From an uncultured Rivularia sp. (GTDB lineage: Bacteria > Cyanobacteriota > Cyanobacteriia > Cyanobacteriales > Nostocaceae), in the NCBI GenBank assembly GCA_963665115.1, contig OY762007.1, positions 6,496,001 to 6,560,000 on the forward strand: a DNA stretch of 64,000 nucleotides, read 5' to 3'. The notes beneath the pieces were generated by a model. It searched no databases, was not told where the DNA came from, and saw nothing but the letters and a program-made list of their open reading frames with translations. Of the stretch, positions 55,042-64,000 are shown piece by piece (the stretch's first letter is position 1; the number at the start of each line of letters is the position of its first letter). The translations under genes and the position numbers were made by a program.

Positions 55042-58000
55042 ATGACCAATTCTATATCTGAATCTAATACAAATATTAATTCACAAAGTAATTCACAAAC
55101 TATTTCGCAAGCTATAGAAAAACTGCGTGCTTTTTCTGAAATGGATGTTCGCGAATGTTGGCGCTGTTTTTCAGGTGATATGAGTGTTACGGAGGTTTTC
55201 GCGTCGGATTTTTCTGATTGGGAAACTAGGGAGTTAAACGCGAAAGGACATATTGCTTGGGAGAAGGGTAAAAAAGTGCTTTGGTTGGCACAAAAATTAA
55301 TTGTCCCCTCTTATTTGCAGGGTTATCCGCTCGAAGGTTTGTGTTTGCGATTGGCTTTGGTTTGGTGGGCCGACTCCGCTCAAGTCTATATTAATGGTTC
55401 TTTGGTTGGTGAAGGAGATTTATTTGATGTTTCGCAAAGAGTCTTATTAACTGAGTCGGTGATTCCCGGAGTTGAGTTTACTGTTGCTTTGCGTTTGGTA
55501 AGTCCTGGACATGATAATGGTGCTTTGGTAAGTTCAAAGTGCGTTTATGAAGCTGTTGGGAATAGGAATAATATAGATCCCGGTTTTGTGGCTTCGGAGT
55601 TGGCAATAGTGCAGCGTTATTGTGAGGCTTTTGCTCCGGATAAGTTGGATGTGGTTGCTGGGTTGGTAAAGGAAGTTACTGAGGTTATAAACCGCAGAGG
55701 CGCAGAGGGCGCTGAGGAAGAAGGGAAGAGAGAGGAGGTAAAGCAAGCAGTTAATAAGTCGTTGCTTTTTCTGGGTAATAAGCTAAATCAATCCAAAATC
55801 CAGCTTGTTGGCCATGCACATTTGGATATGGCTTGGTTGTGGCGGGTGAGTGAAACTTGGGAGGCTGCTAAGAATACTTTTGCGTCGGTTTTAAAGCTGC
55901 AAGAGGATTTTCCTGAGTTGATTTTTTGTCATTCTACTCCGGCGCTTTATGCTTGGGTGGAAGAAAATTGTCCGGATTTATTTGCACAAATAAAAAAAGC
56001 TGTTAAAAATCAACTTTGGGAAGTTGTCGGTGCTTTTTGGGTGGAGCCGGAATTAAATATAATTTCTGGTGAGTCGATTGTTCGTCAATTATTATACGGT
56101 CAACTTTACGTCAAAGAAAAATTTGGCGAATTCTCTACGGTGGCGTGGCTTCCTGATAGCTTTGGTTTTTGCTGGACTTTACCGCAGTTTATGATTAGTG
56201 CGGGAGTTGAATATTTTGTTACTGAAAAACTGATTTGGAACGACACTACCAACTTTCCTTACGGTGCTTTTTGGTGGCGATCGCCTGATGGTAGCGAAAT
56301 ATTTAGTTTAATGTCAGCGCCGATTGGTCAAGGTATCGATCCGGTAAAAATGGTAGAATACGCGATTGCCTGGGAGAAACAAACGGGTTTACAAAATTAT
56401 CTATGGCTTCCCGGAGTCGGCGACCACGGCGGCGGGCCAACTCGCGATATGCTTGAAATAGCCCGACGCTGGGAGAATTCATCTGTTTGCCCCGATTTTG
56501 AATTCACCACCGTTGAGAAGTATTTGCGGGAAATTAAAGACGAGGGGATGGTAAGCCACTGCGTTGGGCGGGTTCCCCGACTTGTAGCAAGTGGCGCAAC
56601 CCGAAGGGGGAGAGAAGGAGACAACGAACAAATTTCTACCCCCTCTACCCCCTCTACCCCCTCCTTCCCAGTCTGGAACGACGAACTATATCTAGAATTT
56701 CATCGCGGTTGTTACACTACTCATGGCGACCAAAAGCTTTACAATCGTCGCGGTGAAAATTTGCTGTATGAAGCGGAATTATTTGCGAGTTTGGCTACTA
56801 TTTGCTGTGGTGTGGATTATCCGAAGGCTGAAATTGAAGCTGCTTGGAAAAAACTTTTATTTAACCAATTTCACGATATTTTACCTGGCTCCTCAATTCC
56901 GGAAGTTTATCAAGATGCTGAACCAGAATGGCAGGAGATGCAAAACACCGCAACGGAAATATTGCAGCAGTCTTTAGAAACTTTAACGAGTCAAATCAAT
57001 TTACCACATCCGCCAAAACCCGATAGTTTACCCGTTGTTGTTTTCAATTCTCTTAATTGGCAGCGTTCGGAAGTTATATCTGTTTTACCTCCGCAAACTA
57101 ATAACCAACAATGGCAAGTTTACGATAGTTCGGGCAATCAAATTACTTCTCAAATCGATGCTGATGCAAATTTGTTATTCTTAGCAAACAATATTCCTGC
57201 AATTGGCTATTGCTTATATTGGCTTTCTCCCCATCAAGAGCCACAAGAAAATCAATCAAAAACTATAGCGCTACAGTTTATTTTGGATAATGAATTTTTA
57301 CGGGTAGTCGTAAATGAAGAAACTGGGGACTTAAGCAGCGTTTTTGATAAATTAAATAATCGCGAAATACTTTCAGGAAACGGTAATCAACTGCAAGCTT
57401 TTAAAGATGAAGGTCAATATTGGGATGCATGGAACATCGATCCCAATTATGCCGAGCATATTTTACCATCATTAAAACTCAAATCTATCGAATGGATTGA
57501 ACAAGGAATATTACAGCAGCGATTGCGGGTAGTGCGTCAGTTGGGAGAATCGGAATTTATTCAAGACTATATTTTGCAAGTTAAGTCACAAATCTTGAAA
57601 ATTCATACTAAAGTCAACTGGTTAGAGCGCCACGTTTTAGTAAAAGCTGCCTTTCCCTTGAACTTAGAAGCAGACTTTGCAACTTATGAAATTCCCTGCG
57701 GTGCAATTCAACGCACAACCAAACCTCAAACAGCAGCAGAAAAAGCGAAATGGGAAGTTCCCGCGTTGCGTTGGGCGGATTTGACGGAAAGTGACGAGGG
57801 GATGGGGAGATGGGGAGACAAGGAGACAAGAGGAGATGAAAATATCCGTCGTAGTGGGAGCATCTTGCTCCCTAGTAATTCCTCAAACGTGCAAGATACC
57901 CGCACTGGAAACCCAAGCATGGAAGATATCCACACTGGCAACGAAACATCTAACTTAAAAGACAATTGCTATGGTGTGAGTTTATTAAATGATTGCAAAT

Positions 58001-58479
58001 ATGGTTATGATGCTCAACCTTGGGAATTACGATTGAGTTTGTTAAGAAGTCCGGAATGGCCGAATCCGGAAGCTGACAAAGGTAATCATGAATTTAGCTA
58101 TGGTTTGTATCCCCATGCGGGAAGTTGGGAAAAAGCGCAGACGGTGAAGCGTGGGTATGAATTCAACCACCCTTTAAAAGTAGTGCTTTGTGAAAATAAA
58201 CCGCAAACTCAAACATTGAAAGACAAAGGCAGTTTTATAAGTATATCTGCTCAAAATTCCGGTCAAAGCTTAATATTAATGGCATTTAAACAAGCCGAAG
58301 ACAACCCCCAACAATGGGTTCTACGCTGTTATGAATGTGATGGAGAAACAGCAGAATTTCAACTCACCAGCGATATCGGCTTAAATGTAAAGGAATCTGT
58401 AGATTTATTAGAACGTCCTCTACCAACTTCATTTACAATCGAGCCGTGGAAAATCGCAAGCTTTACAGTTAACAGTTAA
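55042..58479 (+). CDS. Alpha-mannosidase, GH38
   Basis: GHAHLDMAWLW, WLPDSFG, GVGDHGGGPT, ELYLEFHRGCYT, NQFHDILPGS, LLNDCKYG. Confidence 0.95.
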   Translation: MTNSISESNTNINSQSNSQTISQAIEKLRAFSEMDVRECWRCFSGDMSVTEVFASDFSDWETRELNAKGHIAWEKGKKVLWLAQKLIVPSYLQGYPLEGLCLRLALVWWADSAQVYINGSLVGEGDLFDVSQRVLLTESVIPGVEFTVALRLVSPGHDNGALVSSKCVYEAVGNRNNIDPGFVASELAIVQRYCEAFAPDKLDVVAGLVKEVTEVINRRGAEGAEEEGKREEVKQAVNKSLLFLGNKLNQSKIQLVGHAHLDMAWLWRVSETWEAAKNTFASVLKLQEDFPELIFCHSTPALYAWVEENCPDLFAQIKKAVKNQLWEVVGAFWVEPELNIISGESIVRQLLYGQLYVKEKFGEFSTVAWLPDSFGFCWTLPQFMISAGVEYFVTEKLIWNDTTNFPYGAFWWRSPDGSEIFSLMSAPIGQGIDPVKMVEYAIAWEKQTGLQNYLWLPGVGDHGGGPTRDMLEIARRWENSSVCPDFEFTTVEKYLREIKDEGMVSHCVGRVPRLVASGATRRGREGDNEQISTPSTPSTPSFPVWNDELYLEFHRGCYTTHGDQKLYNRRGENLLYEAELFASLATICCGVDYPKAEIEAAWKKLLFNQFHDILPGSSIPEVYQDAEPEWQEMQNTATEILQQSLETLTSQINLPHPPKPDSLPVVVFNSLNWQRSEVISVLPPQTNNQQWQVYDSSGNQITSQIDADANLLFLANNIPAIGYCLYWLSPHQEPQENQSKTIALQFILDNEFLRVVVNEETGDLSSVFDKLNNREILSGNGNQLQAFKDEGQYWDAWNIDPNYAEHILPSLKLKSIEWIEQGILQQRLRVVRQLGESEFIQDYILQVKSQILKIHTKVNWLERHVLVKAAFPLNLEADFATYEIPCGAIQRTTKPQTAAEKAKWEVPALRWADLTESDEGMGRWGDKETRGDENIRRSGSILLPSNSSNVQDTRTGNPSMEDIHTGNETSNLKDNCYGVSLLNDCKYGYDAQPWELRLSLLRSPEWPNPEADKGNHEFSYGLYPHAGSWEKAQTVKRGYEFNHPLKVVLCENKPQTQTLKDKGSFISISAQNSGQSLILMAFKQAEDNPQQWVLRCYECDGETAEFQLTSDIGLNVKESVDLLERPLPTSFTIEPWKIASFTVNS

Positions 58480-58483
58480 CAGT

Positions 58484-58752
58484 GAGTTGGGAGTTGGGGG
58501 TAGGGAGTAGGGAGTAGGGAGTAGGGAGTAGGGAGTTGGGAGTTGGGAGTAGGGAGTAGGGGGTAGGGAGTAGGGAGTAGGGAGTTGGGAGTTGGGAGTT
58601 GGGAGTAGGGAGTAGGGAGTAGGGAGTTGGGAGTAGAAAGTAGGGAGTAGGGAGTTGGGAGTTGGGAGTAGGGAGTTGGGAGTTGGGAGTTGGGAGTTGG
58701 GAGTTGGGAGTAGGAAGTTGGGAGTAGGGAGTTGGGAGTTGGGAGTTGGGGG
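58484..58752. repeat. Long STRR array (GGGAGTA/GGGAGTT)n, roughly 38 units
   Basis: Directly visible; unit number estimated as length divided by 7. Confidence 0.95.
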
Positions 58753-58848
58753 TAGTGAATTGTAAATAAGGAGTTAATGATTGATTACCAATTACCAATT
58801 ACCAATTACCCATGCCCAATGCCCAATGCCCAATTCCCAATCCCCTAC

Positions 58849-58980
58849 TTAATCTTCATGGTCTTCAAAGGGGTCGCCGAGTTCCTTGCTGGGTGGGCCA
58901 AAGGAGGTATAAACGGACATCACTGTAACTGTAACTAAGACAGCAGCGACGGAAATGCTGAGAACTATTGCGGGTTCCAT
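58849..58980 (-). CDS. psbN: PsbN (not in the ORF track)
   Basis: Hand translation MEPAIVLSISVAAVLVTVTVMSVYTSFGPPSKELGDPFEDHED; divergent from psbH. Confidence 0.97.
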   Translation of the reverse strand: MEPAIVLSISVAAVLVTVTVMSVYTSFGPPSKELGDPFEDHED

Positions 58981-59180
58981 ATTGGGTGTATATTATGAGT
59001 ATTATTTTTACATTTTATAATATTTTCATAAAAGTTAATACATCGTAATTCCCGTCAAGACCGTGCTATTCGATGAAGCTATATAAAACGAGGTGGCAAT
59101 TTCACGCGCCTTGAAATGATATACTTATCAACATTACAGATGATTAAAAAATTTTTTGGTAACTAACCTGGAATTAGATT

Positions 59181-59384
59181 ATGGCGCAAAGAACACGTTT
59201 GGGAGATGTTCTCAGACCCTTGAATGCTGAGTATGGTAAAGTGGCTCCCGGTTGGGGTACTACCCCATTAATGGCTGTTTTCATGCTGTTATTTTTTGTT
59301 TTTCTGTTGATTATTCTGCAACTTTATAACAAATCAATCATTATTCAGGGTATTAATGTGGATTGGAGAAGCTTAGGTTTGTAA
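59181..59384 (+). CDS. psbH: Photosystem II protein H
   Basis: [27 protein letters not shown]. Confidence 0.98.
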   Translation: MAQRTRLGDVLRPLNAEYGKVAPGWGTTPLMAVFMLLFFVFLLIILQLYNKSIIIQGINVDWRSLGL

Positions 59385-59416
59385 GTTAGATACTTTCAGA
59401 TATAAGGATAAATTTG

Positions 59417-59444
59417 AATCCAGGAGTTGTCCTGGGTTTTTTTT
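59417..59444 (+). terminator. Intrinsic terminator after psbH
   Basis: ccagga-gttg-tcctgg followed by a T8 run. Confidence 0.7.
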
Positions 59445-59716
59445 GCGAATTTCTAGGGGGATGGGGAGACAAGGAGACATTATTAAAGTAGTAAGTAGTA
59501 AGTAGTGAGTAGTAAGTAGTGAGTAAAAATAGACGTAATTAGCAGCGACATTTATGAAAATCAGAATAAAAAGTGATTTACTTGCTACTCGCTACTCTCT
59601 ACTCACTACTTGTTACTCCTAACTCCTAACTGCTCACTGTTCACTGTTAACTGTTCCCTCAAGTCGTTAAACTACAGATGTGGATTAAGAATTTTTGAGT
59701 TCACAGGAGAAAAGAA

Positions 59717-59968
59717 ATGAATATATTCGGTATCGGTTTACCAGAGATGGCTGTAATTATGGCTGTTGCGCTGTTGGTTTTTGGTCCGAAAAAGCTGCCG
59801 GAAATTGGTCGCAGTATGGGAAAAGCTATTCGTGGCTTTCAAGATGCTTCGACAGAGTTTCAAGAAGAGTTTAAAAAAGAAGCTTCACAATTGGAGGAAG
59901 CTGTCAAAACGACTGCCGAACTTGAGCCTAAGCTTGGTAGTGGGGTAGAAAAAAAAGAGCAAGCTTAA
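59717..59968 (+). CDS. tatA: Twin-arginine translocase TatA/E
   Basis: FGIGLPEM...FGPKKLPEIGRSMGKAIRGF. Confidence 0.95.
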   Translation: MNIFGIGLPEMAVIMAVALLVFGPKKLPEIGRSMGKAIRGFQDASTEFQEEFKKEASQLEEAVKTTAELEPKLGSGVEKKEQA

Positions 59969-60100
59969 TGAATCAATCTCGTTTCGTAGTAAGAACTTTA
60001 GTCCTCCAATCCAAGTAATAAAGTCTTTACTACGAACTTTCTCTTAATTAATAAAACGCATTACTGGTTTATAATTGATCGCTTATTATTTATTCTTATC

Positions 60101-60799
60101 ATGCAAGCTGCTAGTAAAAATTCCCCAGGGAAAACTATATTGATTCCTCAGCTAATTGTTGGTTTGGGAAATCCAGAACCCAAATACGATCGAACGCGGC
60201 ATAATATCGGTTTTGCTGCAATTGATGTTTTGTCCCGTTCTTGGCAGGCATCTTTAAGCGAAAATCGTAAATTTAAAGGTGAGTACGCTGAAACAACTGC
60301 ACCAGGTGGAAAAAAAGTTCATTTGCTCAAACCTTTAACCTACATGAATCTTTCGGGACAATCAATAGGTGCAGTGTGTTCTTGGTACAAATTGAAGCCG
60401 GAATCTGTATTAGTTATTTATGATGATATGGATTTGCCCGTGGGAAGAGTTCGTTTGCGTTTATCGGGTGCTGCTGGCGGACATAACGGCATGAAAAGCA
60501 CTATTTCTCATCTTAGTTCCAAAAATTTCCCCCGCTTACGTATTGGAATTGGTAGACCAAAAAACCCTGCAACCAGCGAAAATGGTACTGTTTCTCATGT
60601 TTTAGGAAAGTTTTCTCCCGATGAAAATGAGGTGATGTCTTCAGTTCTTAATTATGTCGTTGAATGTGTCGAATTATGCCTTAAAAAAGGTGTAGAAAAG
60701 GCAATGAATGACTGTAATCGCAAAAATTTGAATGTGTCTAAGGAAGAGAAGGGGGACAAGGAGACAAGGGGACAAGGAGACAAGGAGACAAGGGGATAA
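60101..60799 (+). CDS. pth: Peptidyl-tRNA hydrolase
   Basis: VGLGNP, TRHNIGF, KPLTYMNLSG, GGHNGMKS, RLRIGIGRP. Confidence 0.97.
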   Translation: MQAASKNSPGKTILIPQLIVGLGNPEPKYDRTRHNIGFAAIDVLSRSWQASLSENRKFKGEYAETTAPGGKKVHLLKPLTYMNLSGQSIGAVCSWYKLKPESVLVIYDDMDLPVGRVRLRLSGAAGGHNGMKSTISHLSSKNFPRLRIGIGRPKNPATSENGTVSHVLGKFSPDENEVMSSVLNYVVECVELCLKKGVEKAMNDCNRKNLNVSKEEKGDKETRGQGDKETRG

Positions 60800-61098
60800 T
60801 AAAAAATTGTTTCTAACTATTACCAATTACCAATTCCCAAATAGGATTAGCAAAACAAGCGCTACTGATTAAGTAACGCTTGTTTGCTTTTAGAATTGAT
60901 TTGTTGATGGGCGATTAATGGTAATATTTGCCTCGTTCAACTATATTACGGAAATTTCAAAGTGCTTTACATTTAGAAAAGTCCTTATTCGAGTTGTTAA
61001 TGTTTAGATATATTTTGCCGTTTACCATGTTCTTTAAGTAAATTAGGCACCGTCTTTGATGAATTTGAAACGTTTGCAAATAGTAAAATTACTCATAC

Positions 61099-61281
61099 TT
61101 ACTTATTGAAACGTCTTTTGCGTCTTGCTGCGACTGCTTTACGTTTACGCTTATCCTGTGGGGTTTCAAAATGCCGATGAGACTTAATATCGGACAAAAT
61201 ACCCGCTTTGGAAACTTGACGCTTAAATCGACGTAAAGCTGAGTCTATTCCTTCGTTTTCACCTAAAACCACTTGGGTCAT
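61099..61281 (-). CDS. rpsU: 30S ribosomal protein S21
   Basis: [20 protein letters not shown]...HFETP. Confidence 0.97.
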   Translation of the reverse strand: MTQVVLGENEGIDSALRRFKRQVSKAGILSDIKSHRHFETPQDKRKRKAVAARRKRRFNK

Positions 61282-61443
61282 TCTAATCCCTCGTTGTCAA
61301 CAACTATATCTGTACTTTATTTTAATATGCTGGTTTATCGGGATCAAAATATTCCACGATTTACCAAAATTCAAACAAGACTATTGTCTTGAATGTAGAA
61401 ACTGGAATTTCCAGATTTCCTATTTTACCTTTCAATCGGGTTT

Positions 61444-62313
61444 CTATGTATCATGTATCTCATAATCTGAGTTTTTCAGAGTCAGAGCAAGTTGATAAAG
61501 CTGACGACGGGGTAAAGATGTTGATGCAGCTAGCTGACGACTCGCTTGTGATGGCGATATTCCTTGATTCATGATTGTTTCTAACTCAGCAACAAGTTCT
61601 TCTTGTGTAAACTCCCGTTGAGTGGGGGAGTTCCCCGCGACAACCAAAGTATATTCACCTATAGGAACCTTGGATTCATAGTAGCTACAAGCACCATTCA
61701 TAGTTCCGCGCCAAAACTCTTCATACATTTTAGTTAATTCTCGCGCTAAGACAATTTGTCTATCGTCGCCAAATATTTCTCTCATATCTTGTAAAGTTGA
61801 TCGCAAACGATGGGGGGATTCGTAGAAAATCAAAGTACGCTCCTCTGATTTCAAGGATTCTAAGTGCGATCGCCTTTGTTTTGATTTAGCATTCAGAAAT
61901 CCTTCAAATACAAATTTGTCTGTAGAAATCCCCGAAGCACTTAATGCAGTAATCGCTGCAACCGCTCCAGGAATAGGAACTACAGTAATCCCAGCTTCCA
62001 CGCAAGCTTTTACTAATTCATAACCTGGATCGGAAATTCCTGGCATCCCAGCATCCGAGACAAGAGCTATAGCAATTCCTTCCTCCAACTGCTTTAATAA
62101 TTCTGGAATCCGACTGTGGCGATTATGTTCGTGATAACTAATTTGTGGCGTATTAACTTGAAAATGCTTTAAAAGTTTTCCCGTATGGCGAGTATCTTCA
62201 GCAGCAATAAAATCCACCGACTGCAAAATTCGCACTCCTCGGAAAGTCATATCTTCCAAGTTCCCAATCGGAGTGCCAACAATGTAAAGTACACCTGGTT
62301 TTGGTTCAGTCAT
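61444..62313 (-). CDS. rsmI: 16S rRNA C1402 2'-O-methyltransferase
   Basis: GTPIGNLED, AAEDTR, SDAGMPGISDPG, YESPHR, ARELTK. Confidence 0.97.
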   Translation of the reverse strand: MTEPKPGVLYIVGTPIGNLEDMTFRGVRILQSVDFIAAEDTRHTGKLLKHFQVNTPQISYHEHNRHSRIPELLKQLEEGIAIALVSDAGMPGISDPGYELVKACVEAGITVVPIPGAVAAITALSASGISTDKFVFEGFLNAKSKQRRSHLESLKSEERTLIFYESPHRLRSTLQDMREIFGDDRQIVLARELTKMYEEFWRGTMNGACSYYESKVPIGEYTLVVAGNSPTQREFTQEELVAELETIMNQGISPSQASRQLAASTSLPRRQLYQLALTLKNSDYEIHDT

Positions 62314-62467
62314 TTATCAGTTATCAATTATCAATGAACAATTATCAATGAACAATTATCAGTTAGCAGTGTGGAAGTTATTTATTTTGATATTTTAGTT
62401 GGTTTCTGTATTGTCCATTCCCAATTCTCAATGCCCCATGCCCCATGCCCAATTCCCCAAATTCATC

Positions 62468-63331
62468 ATGTCAAATCAAAATTTCAACGGTTTATTCGTG
62501 GGTTTAGTAACGCTGGATTTGATTTATCTGGCTGAATCTCCCCCGAAAAATAATCAAAAATTGGTTGCGGAAGACTATATCGTTGCGGCGGGTGGTCCGG
62601 TAACAAATGCTGCTGTTACTTTTAGTTACTTGGGTAATAATGCGGCTATCTCTGGTGTAATTGGTTGTCACCCAATGACGCAATTAATCAAAAGCGATTT
62701 AGCAAATTACCAAGTAGAAATAATTGACCATTACCCTACCATAGAAAACCCACCACCAGTATCTTCAATTATTGTCACTAAAGGTACGGGGGAGCGTGCT
62801 GTCATTTCTATTAATGCCGTTAAAACCCAAGTTGATAGCCAAGCTATTTTACCAGATTTACAAGACATAGATATTGTACTTATTGACGGGCATCAAATGG
62901 AATTGGGATGTGCGATCGCCAAAAAAGCCAAAGCGGAAAATATACCTGTAGTTATCGATGGTGGAAGCTGGAAACCTGGATTCGACAAACTTTTACCTTT
63001 TGTTGATTATGCCATTTGTTCGGCTAATTTCTATCCCCCAGATTGCGATAATTCTCAAGAAGTTTTTGCTTATCTAAATCAAATGGGTATTGCTCATATC
63101 GCCATCACTCACGGAGAGAAACCGATTCAATATTTATCTAAAAGTGAAATTAAAATGTTAGATGTTCCAAAAATACAATCTGCTGATACACTAGGGGCTG
63201 GAGATATTTTTCATGGTGCTTTTTGTAACTATGTATTGCAAGAAACATTTACATCTGCTTTAGAAGAAGCAGCCAAAATAGCAGCTTTATCCTGTGAATC
63301 TTTCGGAACTCGCCGTTGGATGGAAGTATAA
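62468..63331 (+). CDS. PfkB family carbohydrate kinase
   Basis: GGPVTNAA and DTLGAGDIFHGA. The ATG at 62468 is preferred because the upstream extension is STRR-derived. Confidence 0.9.
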   Translation: MSNQNFNGLFVGLVTLDLIYLAESPPKNNQKLVAEDYIVAAGGPVTNAAVTFSYLGNNAAISGVIGCHPMTQLIKSDLANYQVEIIDHYPTIENPPPVSSIIVTKGTGERAVISINAVKTQVDSQAILPDLQDIDIVLIDGHQMELGCAIAKKAKAENIPVVIDGGSWKPGFDKLLPFVDYAICSANFYPPDCDNSQEVFAYLNQMGIAHIAITHGEKPIQYLSKSEIKMLDVPKIQSADTLGAGDIFHGAFCNYVLQETFTSALEEAAKIAALSCESFGTRRWMEV

Positions 63332-63429
63332 ATTAACAGTTAGGTGTAAGAAGTTAATAGTTAGGAATTAATAAAAAAATTAACAACTAGTAACTAACAA
63401 CTAACCACTAACAACTATTAACTAATCAT

Positions 63430-64000
63430 ATGAAAGATTTACAATCTATTCTCGAATTAATTCGTCCTATTGCTTGGCGTGCATCTGAAATATTGCGCTC
63501 TTACTATCGCGGCGATAAACGAGATGATTTAAATGTAGAATATAAAGATGATAAAGGTAAAGATCCAGTAACAGCAGCAGATTTAGCCGTTAGTAATTAT
63601 ATTTTACAAAAATTGCGTTCGGAATTGGGTAGTGAAGATTTTGGCTATATCAGCGAAGAAACTTATCAGAAGCAAGATGGTAAAAATAATTCTGAATGGG
63701 TATGGATTATCGATCCTTTAGATGGGACAAAAGATTTTATTAATAAAACTGGCGAGTATGCGATTCATATTGCTTTGGTTAGAAATAAGCGTCCCGAATT
63801 AGCATTAGTAGCAATTCCTGAAGCTGAAAAATTATATTATGCAATTAAAGGTGGTGGTACATTTGTCGAAACTCTTGATGGCAATAGAAAATCAGTAAGG
63901 GTTTCTGAACGCGAAAATCCCCAAGATTTAACTTTAGTTGTAAGTCGCAGTCACCGTAATGACAAATTAAATTATCTCTTGGATAAATTACCTTTGAAAA
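63430..64000 (+). CDS. cysQ: 3'(2'),5'-bisphosphate nucleotidase CysQ / inositol monophosphatase family (runs off the window end)
   Basis: Hand translation: DPVTAAD, ISEE, WIIDPLDGTKDFI, VVSRSH. Confidence 0.9.
   Translation, partial: MKDLQSILELIRPIAWRASEILRSYYRGDKRDDLNVEYKDDKGKDPVTAADLAVSNYILQKLRSELGSEDFGYISEETYQKQDGKNNSEWVWIIDPLDGTKDFINKTGEYAIHIALVRNKRPELALVAIPEAEKLYYAIKGGGTFVETLDGNRKSVRVSERENPQDLTLVVSRSHRNDKLNYLLDKLPLK

Noticed and set aside
58469..58798. 109-aa PTPYSLL repeat ORF
   Set aside because: Translation of a stop-free STRR heptamer tract; no evidence of coding.
3239..62919. Recurrent GCGATCGC octamer
   Set aside because: HIP1, a well-known cyanobacterial feature; used only as a taxonomic clue.

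Overview
AT-rich DNA from a filamentous, probably heterocystous cyanobacterium. HIP1 GCGATCGC octamers, STRR heptamer arrays, PEP-CTERM proteins and psb genes support this; a Nostocales/Rivulariaceae-like source is inference. Four blocks. (1) 1-10.4 kb, accessory: a ferredoxin 5' end, an NspI-like type II restriction-modification system (intact C5-methylase, controller protein with a clear C-box operator, endonuclease broken by an in-frame stop), DUF429, a Ser/Thr kinase with pentapeptide repeats, and a Rieske/AraC/SDR/ABM module. (2) 10.5-13.5 kb: two uncharacterised co-oriented low-complexity proteins full of NPF repeats, one with a Trp/Asn 'GNGNW' beta-roll-like repeat. This pair is the best candidate for an undescribed system. 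(3) 14-46.2 kb: scytonemin (UV-A sunscreen) cluster scyABCDEF-eboABC-GT-tyrA-dsbA-eboDEF-trpE(G)CABD with its divergent PAS sensor kinase and AraC-type response regulator; no tyrP or aroG. (4) 47.8-64 kb: two hexapeptide acetyltransferases and core genes (psbI, DUF3769, GH38 mannosidase, psbN, psbH, tatA, pth, rpsU, rsmI, pfkB kinase, cysQ). About nine genes carry extra bases in short homopolymers, most likely sequencing/assembly error. Small palindromic repeats are abundant and have entered coding frames. No tRNA, rRNA, CRISPR array or transposase was recognised. All family assignments come from motif recognition, not database searches.
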